From assembly GCF_016433145.1 (NCBI RefSeq), contig NC_058131.1:86387756-86451755 (forward strand): a DNA stretch of 64,000 nt. Direction: 5' to 3'. The notes under the pieces were generated by a model, which was given only the letters and a program-made list of their open reading frames with translations, was not told the origin of the DNA and made no database searches. Below, one piece after another: positions 1 through 11,979 of this stretch. Position 1 is the stretch's first letter, and each line of letters begins with the position of its first letter. The stretch comes from Gracilinanus agilis. Its lineage: Eukaryota. Position numbers and translations under genes: made by a program.

Positions 1-64
1 TTATGTTATGTTATGTTATGTTATGTTATGTTATGTTATGTTATGTTATGTTATGTTATGTTAT
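1..64. repeat. (TTATG)n pentanucleotide microsatellite
   Basis: 12 perfect TTATG units plus TTAT at the window start. Confidence 0.98.
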
Positions 65-597
65 ATTCCAAGGATGAATCATTTCCATTTGGAGCCCTTC
101 TTAAAGAAAGCTGTACTAAAGTCCTGACAATTACTCCAGACAAGAAAGCACAGTATTTTTCCACCTTGGAAAACCTTGGGGCACAACCCAGGGATAGAGA
201 ATTATGCATCTACAGAAGGATCAAAATGTTTCCACTCCATCTCTTCTCCCCTACTCAATTTGGAAAGTAGATTTTGTCCATGCTCTGGTCTAAAAAGGCC
301 TGACACCTTCCCTATAATACACATTACTTGCTATCTCAAAATAACTACCTACATGCCCTCCAGAGAGGAATTTTCTGGTGTAAAAAGTATGTGCCTTTAT
401 AAAAGTGAATCTCAGAGATGTTCCTGATTGCCACCCTGTTCCGTGTAATAGCTGAGACACTCCCTACTATGCCAGCTGTTTCAATCGGTGCTGAGGTGAT
501 CCTGAGAACCCCAGAATCATAGGTGGATGCAGGCTTTGGAACGTGATGGCGCAGGACTTGTCTGCCCTACACTAACACAGCCTATGTCAGCACCGTA

Positions 598-634
598 TCA
601 CCCAGATCCCTCATCTACCTCAGACATAGTGCCC
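598..634 (-). CDS. Candidate terminal coding exon (xGTMSEVDEGSG*), gene unidentified
   Basis: Minus-strand acceptor ctgtttctcactctttaattctag|GGGCACTATG; phase-2 reading ends at TGA 598-600; flanking DNA is repeat-free and relatively GC/CpG-rich; no homology recognised. Confidence 0.25.
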
Positions 635-793
635 CTAGAATTAAAGAGTGAGAAACAGTCAGTGATTAGCCCTGGATGGCTTCTCCTTAACACAGCTCTA
701 AAGTTTACCTTCTTCTCTAGAATTGCTTTAATGCAGTAGAGAAACAACTGTATTTGTAAAAAGGGAGGTGGGTTCACATTCTGATTTTGGCAT

Positions 794-877
794 TTACTAC
801 GTGTGTGGCCTTAGACATTGAAGTTAGTCTCTTGGGCCTCAGTTTCCTCATCTTTAAATCGATGGTAGTTCAGAGGT
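794..877 (+). mobile_element. MIR core fragment
   Basis: ggcctcagtttcctcatctttaaa CORE motif. Confidence 0.7.
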
Positions 878-2194
878 GTCAAACTCTAAGCCTAGCAACA
901 GGTAAATAAGATTAAAATGTATTTGGAAAATGGTTAACAAAATAAATAAAAATACTACACAACACAGATAATGTTAATTTGGGGTTTTCCCAGTCAAAAT
1001 ACATTGGGCAGCAGAAATCTTCCTATTTGAGTTTGATACCACTGATTTAGATGGCTTCTCAGATATATCTCTGATATATAACTCTTATACAATGAGCTTT
1101 TTTTTTTTTTGGTCAAACATTTAAAAAATATTTTATGTGAGTAAGTAAACAGAGTAAGTAAACCCTTTGGGTTTCTGTCTGTAGATTTTTTTCCTCTTTA
1201 ATAATAATAGCTTATTTTCCCCCAATCACCTATTTTTCTAAAGAAATTAGCACAATGTTTGGTAATCACAACTTATTAAGATGCCTGCAGTGCACATAAA
1301 TTTAGGCTATTACCAAAGTAAAGTGCCAACTCTCAGGGGATCTGTTACCTAGCTCTGCCCCCCAGGCTGTCGGACCTTCTCTGTTTCTTGCTCTTTCAGG
1401 GTGAGAGGGAGAAATTGAGACCAAAAAAAGGGGATCTATTCATAGTATGTTAATTGTAAAGAAACCCCATAAATGGAATAAGGGTGGGGTGATTCTGGAT
1501 GCCAAAATGTATATTATTAAATATATTTACACACCTTCAGCAGGTAGAAAATTTAAACTTTGCACCTGCTTAAAAAGAAAAAAAAATCATTTAGGAAGCT
1601 CCTCCATGATTCCAGAGCTCACTGTAGCCTATCCCTGCCCCACTCTCTCCCTTGGAGGCAAATTCCTTAACCAGTGTCCCAGGGTCTCTGAGGCTCTGCC
1701 ACCCACTGGATATATTGTCCCAGATTTCTTCCTAATGTCCCTTCCAACTAAAAACAAACAAACAAACAAACATAAATAAATAAATGAGTAAATAGATAAA
1801 TGAATGAACAAATACATGTTAATTTCAGGACAATGTTTTTATGGCTTTAAAGTGCATTTTATACTTCTTAGACTGAGTTTCAAAATTGCTAGTTATGGCT
1901 CTGAATGTATCTACTATGTTAATGCTCAATAAAAATAACAGCCTACCTGCCACTTCGTATCCACCACACTGAATGATGAAGCATATTTGTATATTTCCCA
2001 ACATGTGGAATATACTTTATTTTGAGAGGAGGCCAATTTTGTTTCTAGACATAGCTGAATGCTCTACTAAAAGCTATGTCCTGGCTGGATTCAGTGGCAG
2101 ATGAAATCAGTTAAGAGAAGTCATCATCCTATGCCTCTGGGATAACTATATTTTTATGTAAAATATAATTAATATAAAATAAAAAAAACCATTA

Positions 2195-2260
2195 ATCAAG
2201 AAAGCTTTTATTAAGTGCTTACTATGTGACAAGCATTGTGCCAAGTGTTAGGGATATCCC
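2195..2260 (-). mobile_element. L2 3' end fragment
   Basis: tttattaagtgcttactatgtg...cattgtgccaagtg matches the reverse complement of the L2 terminus. Confidence 0.7.
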
Positions 2261-3419
2261 CCCCCAAAAGGTAAATCAATATATAATATGGATGATGTAA
2301 AGTGCAAAAAATGCATTGTTTTGGTGGTATTCTCATATCCTTGAAATGACTTTTTAAAATTATCATGAAATTAAGTTAAAATAAGAAATAATACAGCAAA
2401 TTCTCTGTGCTCAGTGTGGAATTAACCACTTTCCATTAACTAGGATATAAAATGCTGATTCACACCACTGAATACTAATCATGTCTATTTGAACTGCTAA
2501 GGCTTAGAAGGAATTCCATTAGCAATTCTAGATGATCTCCTTGAGAGGTGCTCCATCTCATTCTTAGTCTTTTTCCATCTCTTATGGTCCTAGGGACTTA
2601 GGAAAGCTTTAATAAAGTTGCTAGAGGAACATAAATCCTCACTTCTTAGCTGCCCAATTATGCTTTGTTGCATCCAAGAACCCAGTTCTTTAATTTGATT
2701 TCTTGTATAAAAGAAAATTCAACTCAAAATTCTGCTTGTACAACAAATACCAAGGGGAATTCAATTAAAAACCAACATGTGTGCTTGGTCAATCTGTTGC
2801 TAGAAGAGTATAAAACAAGAATAAAATTTTTTGGATAGAGATTTGATGGTTTCTTGGGCATAACAACAATAATTAAACAAAGACTGGTCCTAAAAAGGGA
2901 ACAATGTTTCAATCTCTTTTACAAAGGTGTATGACATCTAAAAGCCAATTATATCCTTTTTTATGTTTAGAAATGTAGTGAATGCTCTATATTTTAAAAA
3001 ATATTTTCAAACACATTCTTCTGCATTACTTTTTAAAGTTTCCTGGCCACATCTTTATTTTCAGAGATCAAGCTAAAATTAAGACATTTTCATCTCTTCT
3101 TGTGGGTCCTCTATCAAAGAATCCTGTTACATAGGAGGCAAGTGATGAAATCAAGATTTAAACATGGTTCTCAGACTCCAGATGAAGATTCAATCTTTCC
3201 TTTCACCCCACCATTATCATCACCACTACCACTGCATTATGCTTACTCAGTTTGTTAAATCAAATATTGATCATATTGATAGTGATTTTTGTAATAATTA
3301 TACCTAGACATCAGTAAGCTGTTCTGTAATTTAGATCTTCTCTAATTCAACTCTGAATTTGTTATTTATTATTATTCATTATTTTAAAATGTGGCATCAC
3401 AAACCGTAATAATAGTTCC

Positions 3420-3660
3420 ATTAATATAGCACTCGAGGTTTTTAAAATGCTTTACAAAAATTAACTCATTTTGTACTCAAGACAACTGTGGGAAGTAGGT
3501 GCTATTGTATTCCCTATTTTGCAGATAAGGAAACTGAAACATGATGTGGTTAAATGACTTACCCAGGTTCAAATAGCTGGTAAGTGTCTAAGGCAGGAAT
3601 TCAACTCAGGTTTCCCCGAGTTCAGCTCTAATGTCCTATTCATTTTGACATTCATCTGCC
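3420..3660 (-). mobile_element. MIR SINE
   Basis: attttgcagataaggaaactga...ttaaatgacttacccagg...gtaagtgtc, the reverse CORE motif. Confidence 0.85.
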
Positions 3661-4164
3661 ATAACATCCTGTACGCCAATTAAAATGCTAGTCAGACTTC
3701 AATATCAGGAATATGATTAAAATCAAACACAAAATTCAGTTAATGTCCCCATTCAAGAAATTCCTCCAGAACAAGAACTTAGGAAGATATAAGCCCCTTT
3801 TTAGTGATTATAATTAAGTCAGGAGTATGTTCTTAATGGGCAAGCCATTATATTTCATCAGAATTTATCTAATTTGATTGCTTGTATAGCTTCTGAAGAG
3901 TTGAAATGCTTACATGGCTACAAAAGAGACAATAACAGTGGATCAGAGAATCATAAAGATTTGCAGCTGGGAAAGAAAAAAAAAAAAAAAAAAAAAAAGA
4001 AAACCCTTAGATCGAATTCAATACCAATTCTTCTCTGTAAGATGGAGGTGACTGGACTCTAAAAGACTATGCTAGTGATGTTCAGGGCTCATCATTCTCA
4101 TATTTCCATGTTTCCTCAACACACTATGCTATAAGTACCTCTTCTCTTATTGACAGAGAACGAT

Positions 4165-4400
4165 AAATGGAAAGGTAGAGAGAGCACTGGATTCAGAGTC
4201 GGGAAGACCCGAGTTCACATCAATCAGATTTGAATCTGAGCTCAAATCCTGCCTCAGTTATTTACCCAAAAAAGGTCTCTTAGCTTCAGTTCTTTATCTG
4301 TAAAATAGGGATAATAATAGCACCTTCCTTAGAAAGTGTCTAGAAGGAGAAAAGGAGATAATACATCCCAAGTAATGGGTAGACTTTAAAGCACTCTATA
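4165..4400 (+). mobile_element. MIR SINE
   Basis: tRNA-like head, then cttcagttctttatctgtaaaatagggataataatagcacc. Confidence 0.8.
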
Positions 4401-4547
4401 AATATTACCTGTTGAGGTACCAAGAAGTCAAAGTGATAAGTTCCATAAGCTTTACAAGTGAAGCTTGTATTTCTTTTATAAATAATAGTGACACAAGACC
4501 ATACTGACACTTGTTGGTTTCTAAGTTTGTTATTAAGCTTTCCAAAT

Positions 4548-4630
4548 ACATACATATACATGAGTATATATATATATGTATGTGTGTGTTTATACACACA
4601 TGTACATATGTGTGTTTGTGTTTGTATGTG
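4548..4630. repeat. Mixed (TA)n/(TG)n/(CA)n low-complexity tract
   Basis: Direct reading. Confidence 0.9.
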
Positions 4631-4984
4631 TAATAGCATGGAAACACTTAATCAACTCTAGAAATTGTTTAAGATATATTTATACTTAGGTCTTTCTCTA
4701 TCACCTTCCACTTTAATGTGTAGAGAATCTAGCCAGTTAATAAACCAGCACTAATTTATTACAATTCTAAAAGCATTTCTACCTAGCATTAAAATAGAGA
4801 ATCTCATTTGATAAAGATTTAAGGATGAGGCTGCCCCCCCAAACTACCTGAGGTTGCCCCCAAACTACCTGAAATAAGAATTATTTCTGCCATGTATGGA
4901 ATCAATCAACCTATACATAAACATGACTCTCTTCTACATCATACCTAACATTATACCTTTGCTTGGAGGCCTCCAGGGAGATGG

Positions 4985-5480
4985 AACCTACTATCTTCAG
5001 ATAGTCAGTCCTCTTCATTTTTTGAGAGCTCTAACTCTGATGATGCATTTTCCTGATATGAAGTTGAAATATGCCTCTTTATAGCTTTCATCAACTCCTT
5101 CTAACTTTGCCCTTTTGAGTCATACTGAACAAGTCATCTCCCACTTCCATGGGAAGGCTTTTCAAATATTGGACCACAGCTAATGTGTCCCATCCTTGCC
5201 ACCAAGTCTTCTCTACATTAGTCTATAATATGGACTCAGGCCCTTGATCATTCTTAAAATCATTCATATATTATAGTATCCAGATCTGAATTCAATATGG
5301 CAGAAGTGCTTTGACTATGAGAGAGTACAGAGATGCTATCAGCTCCTTATTCCTGGAAACTATGTCTTTTAATATACCTACTGGAATTTAGTGATTTAGC
5401 CCCAACATGAATATTTCTGGGTTCTCAGGAATCATATCATTTCAATTGTTAGACATTCCCAGTCATTAGAGAATCCTCCT
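4985..5480 (-). mobile_element. L3/CR1 LINE fragment
   Basis: Degenerate reverse L3 3' motifs (ttttcctgatatgaagttgaaatatgcctc, tttcaaatattgga, ccaagtcttctct). Confidence 0.6.
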
Positions 5481-6075
5481 TAAATTAAATTGGAATATGC
5501 CTCCCTGGAACTTCCTTCCACTCACTCACTGGTCCTGTTATCTAGTCTCTGGAGCAAAGTGGTACACAAAGCAATAGCTACAAGAATAATTCACTTGTCC
5601 ATAGCACTTTCCCTTAAAATTGCCCTGAAGCAAAGTCAGTACAAGCATTATTATCTCCATTTTATAGGTGTGGAAATCAGTTTGGAGACATTGTGAGTTG
5701 GTAAGCAGAGACAGTAAAATCTGAGGCCACTTAAAATGGATATATTCCCACCACACAAAATACATATTTCTTATCATTTTAATTATTAGATACCCTTTTA
5801 CATAAGCTCATGAAAAATCTTATTTAGTCATTGTCTCCTTCTTCTGAAGTGTAACCTTTTACCTTTCTTATGCTGCCAACTATATTTATGAATACCAAAT
5901 TTTAAGTTTCAGTAATCTCTGAAAAGAAAACCATTAATTTAGTAATTTATAGTCAAGAGAAGTCCACTATTAAAGACTGGCTAGCCTGTGAACCATATCA
6001 CTATGGATCCTGGCCTCCTTGCTTGGTCACACAAAAGAGCACTGGCCATGTTTATTTAGTGTTCTCAAATCCTAC

Positions 6076-6096
6076 CAGCAAGAAGCCATCATTTGG
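6076..6096 (-). CDS. Candidate 21-nt microexon
   Basis: About 45-nt pyrimidine-rich tract ending ttgtag|CCAAATGATGGCTTCTTGCTG|gtagga; donor only moderate. Confidence 0.15.
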
Positions 6097-7581
6097 CTAC
6101 AATGAAATCAGGTGAAATGCAGGAAAAGATGGGGAAACAGAGATTAGTGAACTAGAGATGCCCTGCTTCGCAGGAACCACCTCAGCAGGCTTTAACAATA
6201 TATTCAAGAGACCCTACGCTCACTAATGGAGTCTAATGGCTAAGATGTACTTGAAGCCTACCAGGTGCTAAGTGCTCTGGCTGAGTTTAGATAATGCACT
6301 GCAGAGCTATGACCGGCCAGCTAGACTCTACAGATGGAACCATTTATTTCTGAAGTCAACTTACAAATTGATTCTGTGAGTTATGAGGGGCTAGTGCTGG
6401 GCTTCTGAAAATCAGATGTGCTAATTTGGGTCTCTTCAGGACCACTTACTCTACTTTAATACCGTCATGCAAATGAGAAGAGGCCCTGGAAGAAACCTCC
6501 TGGTGCTCTCAAACAGTTTAATCAATGCTAAAAAATAGCTGCAAATGTGATTCAGAAAGAGCAGCATTCAGTATAAGGGAGCAAGGTATCTCTTTTGGGC
6601 CCTCTCCAAAGGCATTCAGTTTCTGAAGATATAAAGAGAGCTTTTTATAAAGGTTGCCTCATTAACAAAGGAAATAAATGACCTGAAACCCGATGGCTCC
6701 ATTATTAATTTCTAACTTAGATTGAATGAAGATAAAACATGCAAAGGAAGGTGAATAGAGGTGGTTTATGTCTAGGCACAAGTAGAAGAAGAAAATGTTT
6801 TTTTCTAATAGATTGGATTGGATGGAATGAATTTCACTCTTTTTAAACAAAGTTTGGAAAACATCAAAAGTCATGTTTTTCCTGAGTCCAGCTGGGGAAC
6901 CTTAGGAATATACTTGTACTGAGACAGATATTCTCAGACTCAGGAAGTGATGGCAGGTGGGAAAGGTCACAGAATGTAGTCAGTATTGAAGAGTTAGGGA
7001 CAGATGACTAGGGGAAAGGGAAAAAAATGCATAACTAAAAGGTACATGGTATACAACAAAATTTAACCTTTAGGAGGAAAGAGTTAATCCTAGATATGCC
7101 ATTTTAAGAGAAAACTGGATTTGATGTGCTTCTTAAGATAAGGAAATGCAGGGAATTTTAAGCTGATTCCTTGTTCTATTACATAATGGAAAGGTAGTCC
7201 ATGAAAGACCAACAAAATCGAATTCCTGGAAATCCACAAGAGATTTCTCAAAACTCCTTCTTTCTCAAAATCAGTCTCTTAGCATGTCATTTTACCAAAC
7301 ATTCAAAGTTAATTTGATACAAATTTAACTCAGCAATATCTATGACAACCTTTCATGGGTGATTGATAAAAAAGTATATATCACATTCACTTATGCACAA
7401 AATGACTATTTTGTGCTAAAATTGGTTTAGAATAGAAGAAATCTAATGTGATACTTCTGATGGGATATTAGATCCATCTCTAAGGTAACTCAGGTAAAAT
7501 GATGGTGTTCTAAATACACATAAAAACAGACCATTCTTCACTTTATTTTCTTCTTGGTTTGTATGTGTGTGTGTGTGTGTG

Positions 7582-7770
7582 TTCTTCCATTATGAATATG
7601 GAAATATGTTTTTGTATGATAGAATATGTATGACCAATAGCAAATTGCTTATCATTTTGTAGAGTGGGGAAGGGAGAGGAAGAAGAAGAAAAAATATGTA
7701 GAACTCAAATGTTAGAAAACAAATGCCAAAAATTGTTTTTACATATAAGTAGGAAAAAATAAAATATTAC
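7582..7770 (+). mobile_element. L1 3' UTR end fragment
   Basis: aatatggaaatatgtttt...ggggaagggagagg...gaactcaaatgttagaaaacaaat...aataaaat, typical marsupial L1 terminus. Confidence 0.7.
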
Positions 7771-8062
7771 TATAAGAGACAAGCTCTTGCATCATGATCA
7801 GTTCAGTTAAAAAAAATCATGTAAAGAATTTACCTAAAACAATTAGTTGTTATGCGTTAAGGAAGACAGAATCATTAGTGCTTTTCTATCAGGTTCTTAA
7901 AACAAAAAATCCAAGTATTTGAGTGACAGACTCTGGTTTCAGGAAGTATCCAGTTCCATTTATCCAGTAGACTTCCTGCCTGTCTGCCTGTTCTGTGGAT
8001 TGATTAGTAGTCTGCATGCACAGCTGCTCTATCTTTTTATTTTAGAAGCAAGGTTCACTCAC

Positions 8063-8070
8063 CTGTCCTG
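8063..8070 (-). CDS. Candidate 8-nt (or 5-nt, NAGNAG) microexon
   Basis: ctccttccctag|CAGGACAG|gtgagt with a downstream TGCATG. Confidence 0.25.
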
Positions 8071-8364
8071 CTAGGGAAGGAGTTGGTTCTCATTGAAGCA
8101 GATCAGTAAAAAGCATGTCATTTTGTTTCCCCATAGAAACTGGAGATATTGATTGGGAGGCCAGGTAGAGTACGTGCAAATAAAACCTAAAGCTAGTCCC
8201 CAAACCTACTTTTAAACAACATATTAAATATCATCTCCACTATGCTCTTAAAAAAAAAAACAGAAAAAAAAAACCAGCTGAGAAGCTTGTTAGAATATGG
8301 AGTGAACCCTCACATTAATTCTATATCCTCTGTCTTCCTCTACTTAGGTTCTAGATAAATTAAG

Positions 8365-8470
8365 AAGGAATCAATAAGCATTTATTAAAGCCTACTGTAT
8401 GCCAAACACTGTGCTAGCCTTTAAGGATAAAAAGGCAAAAAATGAAATAGTTGTTTATTTTCAAAAAATT
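8365..8470 (-). mobile_element. L2 3' end fragment
   Basis: caataagcatttattaaagcctactgtatgccaaacactgtgctag. Confidence 0.75.
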
Positions 8471-9228
8471 CAGATCCTGTTATTTGGTGACAGAGATGAA
8501 GATACAATTTTAGGGAAATTTGAACCATTGCACCCAGGGCAGTCACAGTATTTCAGTGAAAAAAACTAAATAATTAATAAATATCAAGACCAATAAACAT
8601 CATTCAGAAATCCATTTTGCTTTAGGTATTAAAGCCCCGAGCATCCTACAAAATCCTGATATCTATTAGTAGTTTCTGAATTCTGAGGATGAGGTCAAAC
8701 TGAGTGACATGCAATATATTATGGAATCATTATAGATTATAAAACCATGTTCATGGAATTAAACTATCTGACTATGAGGATACCGCAGAGGCCAAATTAC
8801 TGACCACAGGTAGCATATGTTGGTCCCTCTATCACTGTTGAGCACAGTATATTCATGCTAAGAAGGTTTTTCAAAAACAAGGTGACCGTACCAAATCCCC
8901 TGCTGGATCCTGAGGTGTAATTCTAATTTTCCACCTCTAGGCTCCTTTTTCTGCCTATATCCTAATTTCTAGTTTGAACTTCAGATAATAAGCCTGCCTG
9001 CCATATTCTTGGATTTGTTTCTGTCTATGACCTTGAGTCTCATTTGAATCTCTGGACTGTGACACCAGCCTGTATAACTGGAGTCCATATCGGTCTCTGC
9101 CTCTCTATCCCTTTGGATGCTGACTGCGGCTTGCTTATTTTGAACATCTATCTTGCCTATTTTCTTTGATTTGCCCAAACATCCCAGATCTAAGAGATTC
9201 TAAACTCTGCATTCATTACCTTTTAGAT

Positions 9229-9421
9229 CAGTAATTACCAAAGTGGGCACAACTTCCCCCCGGTGGGTGCTGCAGGGATCCAGGAGAGCGGTGATGGCCA
9301 CACTTTTTTTGTATTACATTCTATTCTGAGTTCAATAAATAGTTTCATAATTTCCCGGGGGCGCTAAGTAATATTTTTTCTGGAAAGGGGGCGGTAGGCC
9401 AAAAAAGTTTGGGAACCACTG
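9229..9421. mobile_element. hAT/Charlie-type MITE (~193 bp)
   Basis: Ends cagtaattaccaaagt / agtttgggaaccactg (12/16 inverted match); 8-bp flanks ttttagat / ctctagat resemble the Charlie NTCTAGAN target. Confidence 0.85.
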
Positions 9422-10019
9422 CTCTAGATTCTTGGTTCCCAGGTGTCATTTTATAAATTGATCATCTCACTGTAGATGGCCACTTATATGTATGTTGCTC
9501 TGGTCACTATATTCCATTGAGCAGTCCAAATGCAGCTCCTAGTTTAGCCTCTCCTAGTTCTACTCTATCCTACTGTTACCATGAAATCTTTTCCACAAAA
9601 TCATATTAATTTATCAAACTAGTTGACTTGTTTACACTTGCTTTCCTGGGTTGCAACTAATCACCCTCAAGTTGAGACAAATGAATATTTGTTAATAAAG
9701 TATATTTGAACAATTGGGTTGCTCAATGATTGTAGCTTTGGTATGTCTCTAATATGGCTAATTTCTGTCAATAATCAACAAATTAGCATATCACCCATGC
9801 TTGATATTTCCATCCTCAACCTACCCAATGATGATCATAGCATTGATGATGACTATTTACATCGGGAATTGTTAATAAACAAAACTATATTTTTTAACCC
9901 TAAAGTTTAAAAACTTATGCTACCAACATTAGTTTAAACAGCTTGGAATTCAAGTGTAACAAAAAGAAATTATTAAGAACAACAACAACAAAAACTAATG
10001 CTCCTGTGTTCACCAAACT

Positions 10020-10800
10020 CTTGGAAATTGAAAACCTTGGATTTGGAAGGGATGTCTGAAATCCTCTAGATTGCTTCATCCAAAGCAAGCATCCTTTGAA
10101 CCGCATCTCTGATAGATGGTCCAGAAGAGGTGTAGTGAACACTTTCAATGGCAGGGAATGCATCACCTCATGGGGCAACCCACTCAATCATGATGCATTA
10201 TTAACAGGAAGTTATCTCTCATGTTAACCTGAAATTTGCCACCTCTCAATTTCTATCCAGCATTTAACATCTGCCAATTGGAGTGATAACTTACAAATCT
10301 CTTCTCTCCTTTACAGTATGTGACAGATGACTTTTCATAGATATTTGAAGATAACATTTTGCCTCTTCTTAAGATTCTCCTCCCAGAGCTAAACTCTCAT
10401 TTTCTTCAACTGTTTCTTAGACTACATCCACCACCCCCAACTCTTCACCATCCTGATTGCCATCCCTTCAGAATATTCTGGTTTGATGACATCCCTATTA
10501 AATTGTGGTATGCAGAAATGATACCATATTCCCCAATGTGCTCTCACCAGAAGAGAATGTAATGGAACTGAATGATATGGGCACAGTTTCTATTAGTACA
10601 GTTTAAATGGATTCTTGCTTTTTCAGCATCACTGGTTCCTATTAAGTTTGTGGTCAAGTAAAACCACCAGGTATTTTTCACATAAACTGCTGCCAAGGCA
10701 GATCTCTCCTATCTTATTTTTGTAGCTTTTTTTAAATGAGAATTTACCCTTAACCTTCTTAAGCTCTCATTCTTGCTACTTTTGACCTAGCATTTAAGAT
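10020..10800 (-). mobile_element. L3/CR1 LINE fragment
   Basis: ttggaagggatgtctgaaatcctctag (reverse L3 terminus) followed by degenerate L3 body motifs. Confidence 0.7.
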
Positions 10801-11077
10801 AGAAAAAAATTAAATATTGATTCATTTATTGTATTAGCTATTCTCTCACATCTATGTCATTCAAAAATTGATATTTGCCTCAAGTCATTAACATGTGGAA
10901 ATAGTTATTTTTGAAGATAAAAATCTAGCCCACTCAACCCACCCCTATCATGATTGACCTTACACAGTCAATTAATTTATATACTTATATATGAAATATA
11001 TAATTATTTGTGTACATATTTCATCTTTTCTATTAGTAACAAATCTCTTGAAAATATAGAGTATATTTTGTTTGTTT

Positions 11078-11251
11078 TTTAACCCATACCTTCCATCTTA
11101 GAATCAATGTTATATATTTGTTTCAAGGCAGAAGAGCAGTTAGGGTTAGGCAACTGGGGTGAAATGACTTGCCCAGGATCACACACCTAGGAAATATCTA
11201 AGGACAGATTTGAGCCTGGCACTCTATTCACCGAGCCACCTAACTGCCCCC
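11078..11251 (-). mobile_element. SINE1_Mdo-type tRNA/CORE SINE with internal deletion
   Basis: aacccataccttccatcttagaatcaat...gacttgcccagg...ccacctaactgcccc. Confidence 0.85.
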
Positions 11252-11269
11252 AAACTGTATGTTTAATTG

Positions 11270-11470
11270 GTGTATCAGGAAAACCTGAGTTTGAATCCCA
11301 CCTCCAACATTAGCTATGTGACCTCAGAGAATTCACCACCTCTGTCTCAGGTTCCTCATCTGTTAAATGAGAATAATCCTGGCACCTACCTCCCAGGGTT
11401 TTTATGAGGATATGATGAGGCACATCTATAAAACACTTTACAAACCTTAAAGTGCCATATAAATGCTATT
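11270..11470 (+). mobile_element. MIR SINE
   Basis: gagtttgaatccc...tgtgacctc...ctcaggttcctcatctgttaaatgagaataat. Confidence 0.8.
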
Positions 11471-11652
11471 ATCTTTGTGCCCTCTACAGTTCAGAGCAGA
11501 ATGCTTTGGACAGATTAGATATTTAACAACCATTTATTGACCTAAATTTACCTGACTGCTAATGTTAGCAAGATTCTATTCAACTAGCGTATCCAAAAGT
11601 ATACCAAAGGAGACATTGTCTAATGTTTATTGACATCAAGAATATATATGTA

Positions 11653-11846
11653 GGAGGAAGCTGGGTGGCTCAGCAGATTGAGAGCCAGTCTTAGAGATGT
11701 GAGGTTCTGGGTTCAAATTTGGCCTCAGATATTTCCTAGCTGTGTGACCCTGGGCAAGTCACTTAACCCCCATTGCCTAGCCCTTACCACTCTTCTGCCT
11801 TAGAATCAATATTTAGTATTGATTCTAAGACGGAAGCTAAGGTTTG
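11653..11846 (+). mobile_element. SINE1_Mdo-type SINE, full length
   Basis: gctgggtggctcagcagattgagagcc...gggttcaaatttggcctcaga...cccccattgcctagcccttaccactcttctgcc. Confidence 0.92.
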
Positions 11847-11979
11847 GAACAGAAAAGAAAAATATGTCTCCTATTTTCTATAACTCTCATTTTTCTATCA
11901 AAAAATAAATTAGCTTCATTTAATTTCAGTCACTATATGTTAAAACACCATTTTTTTGCACAATTTTTTGTCTTTTTTG

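Noticed and set aside
13-427. ORFs starting MLCYVMLCYV
   Set aside because: Translation of the (TTATG)n repeat; the remainder has no protein-like features.
11653-11720. tRNA-like A/B-box sequences here and in other SINE heads
   Set aside because: They are SINE promoters continuing into CORE sequence, not tRNA genes; no cloverleaf.
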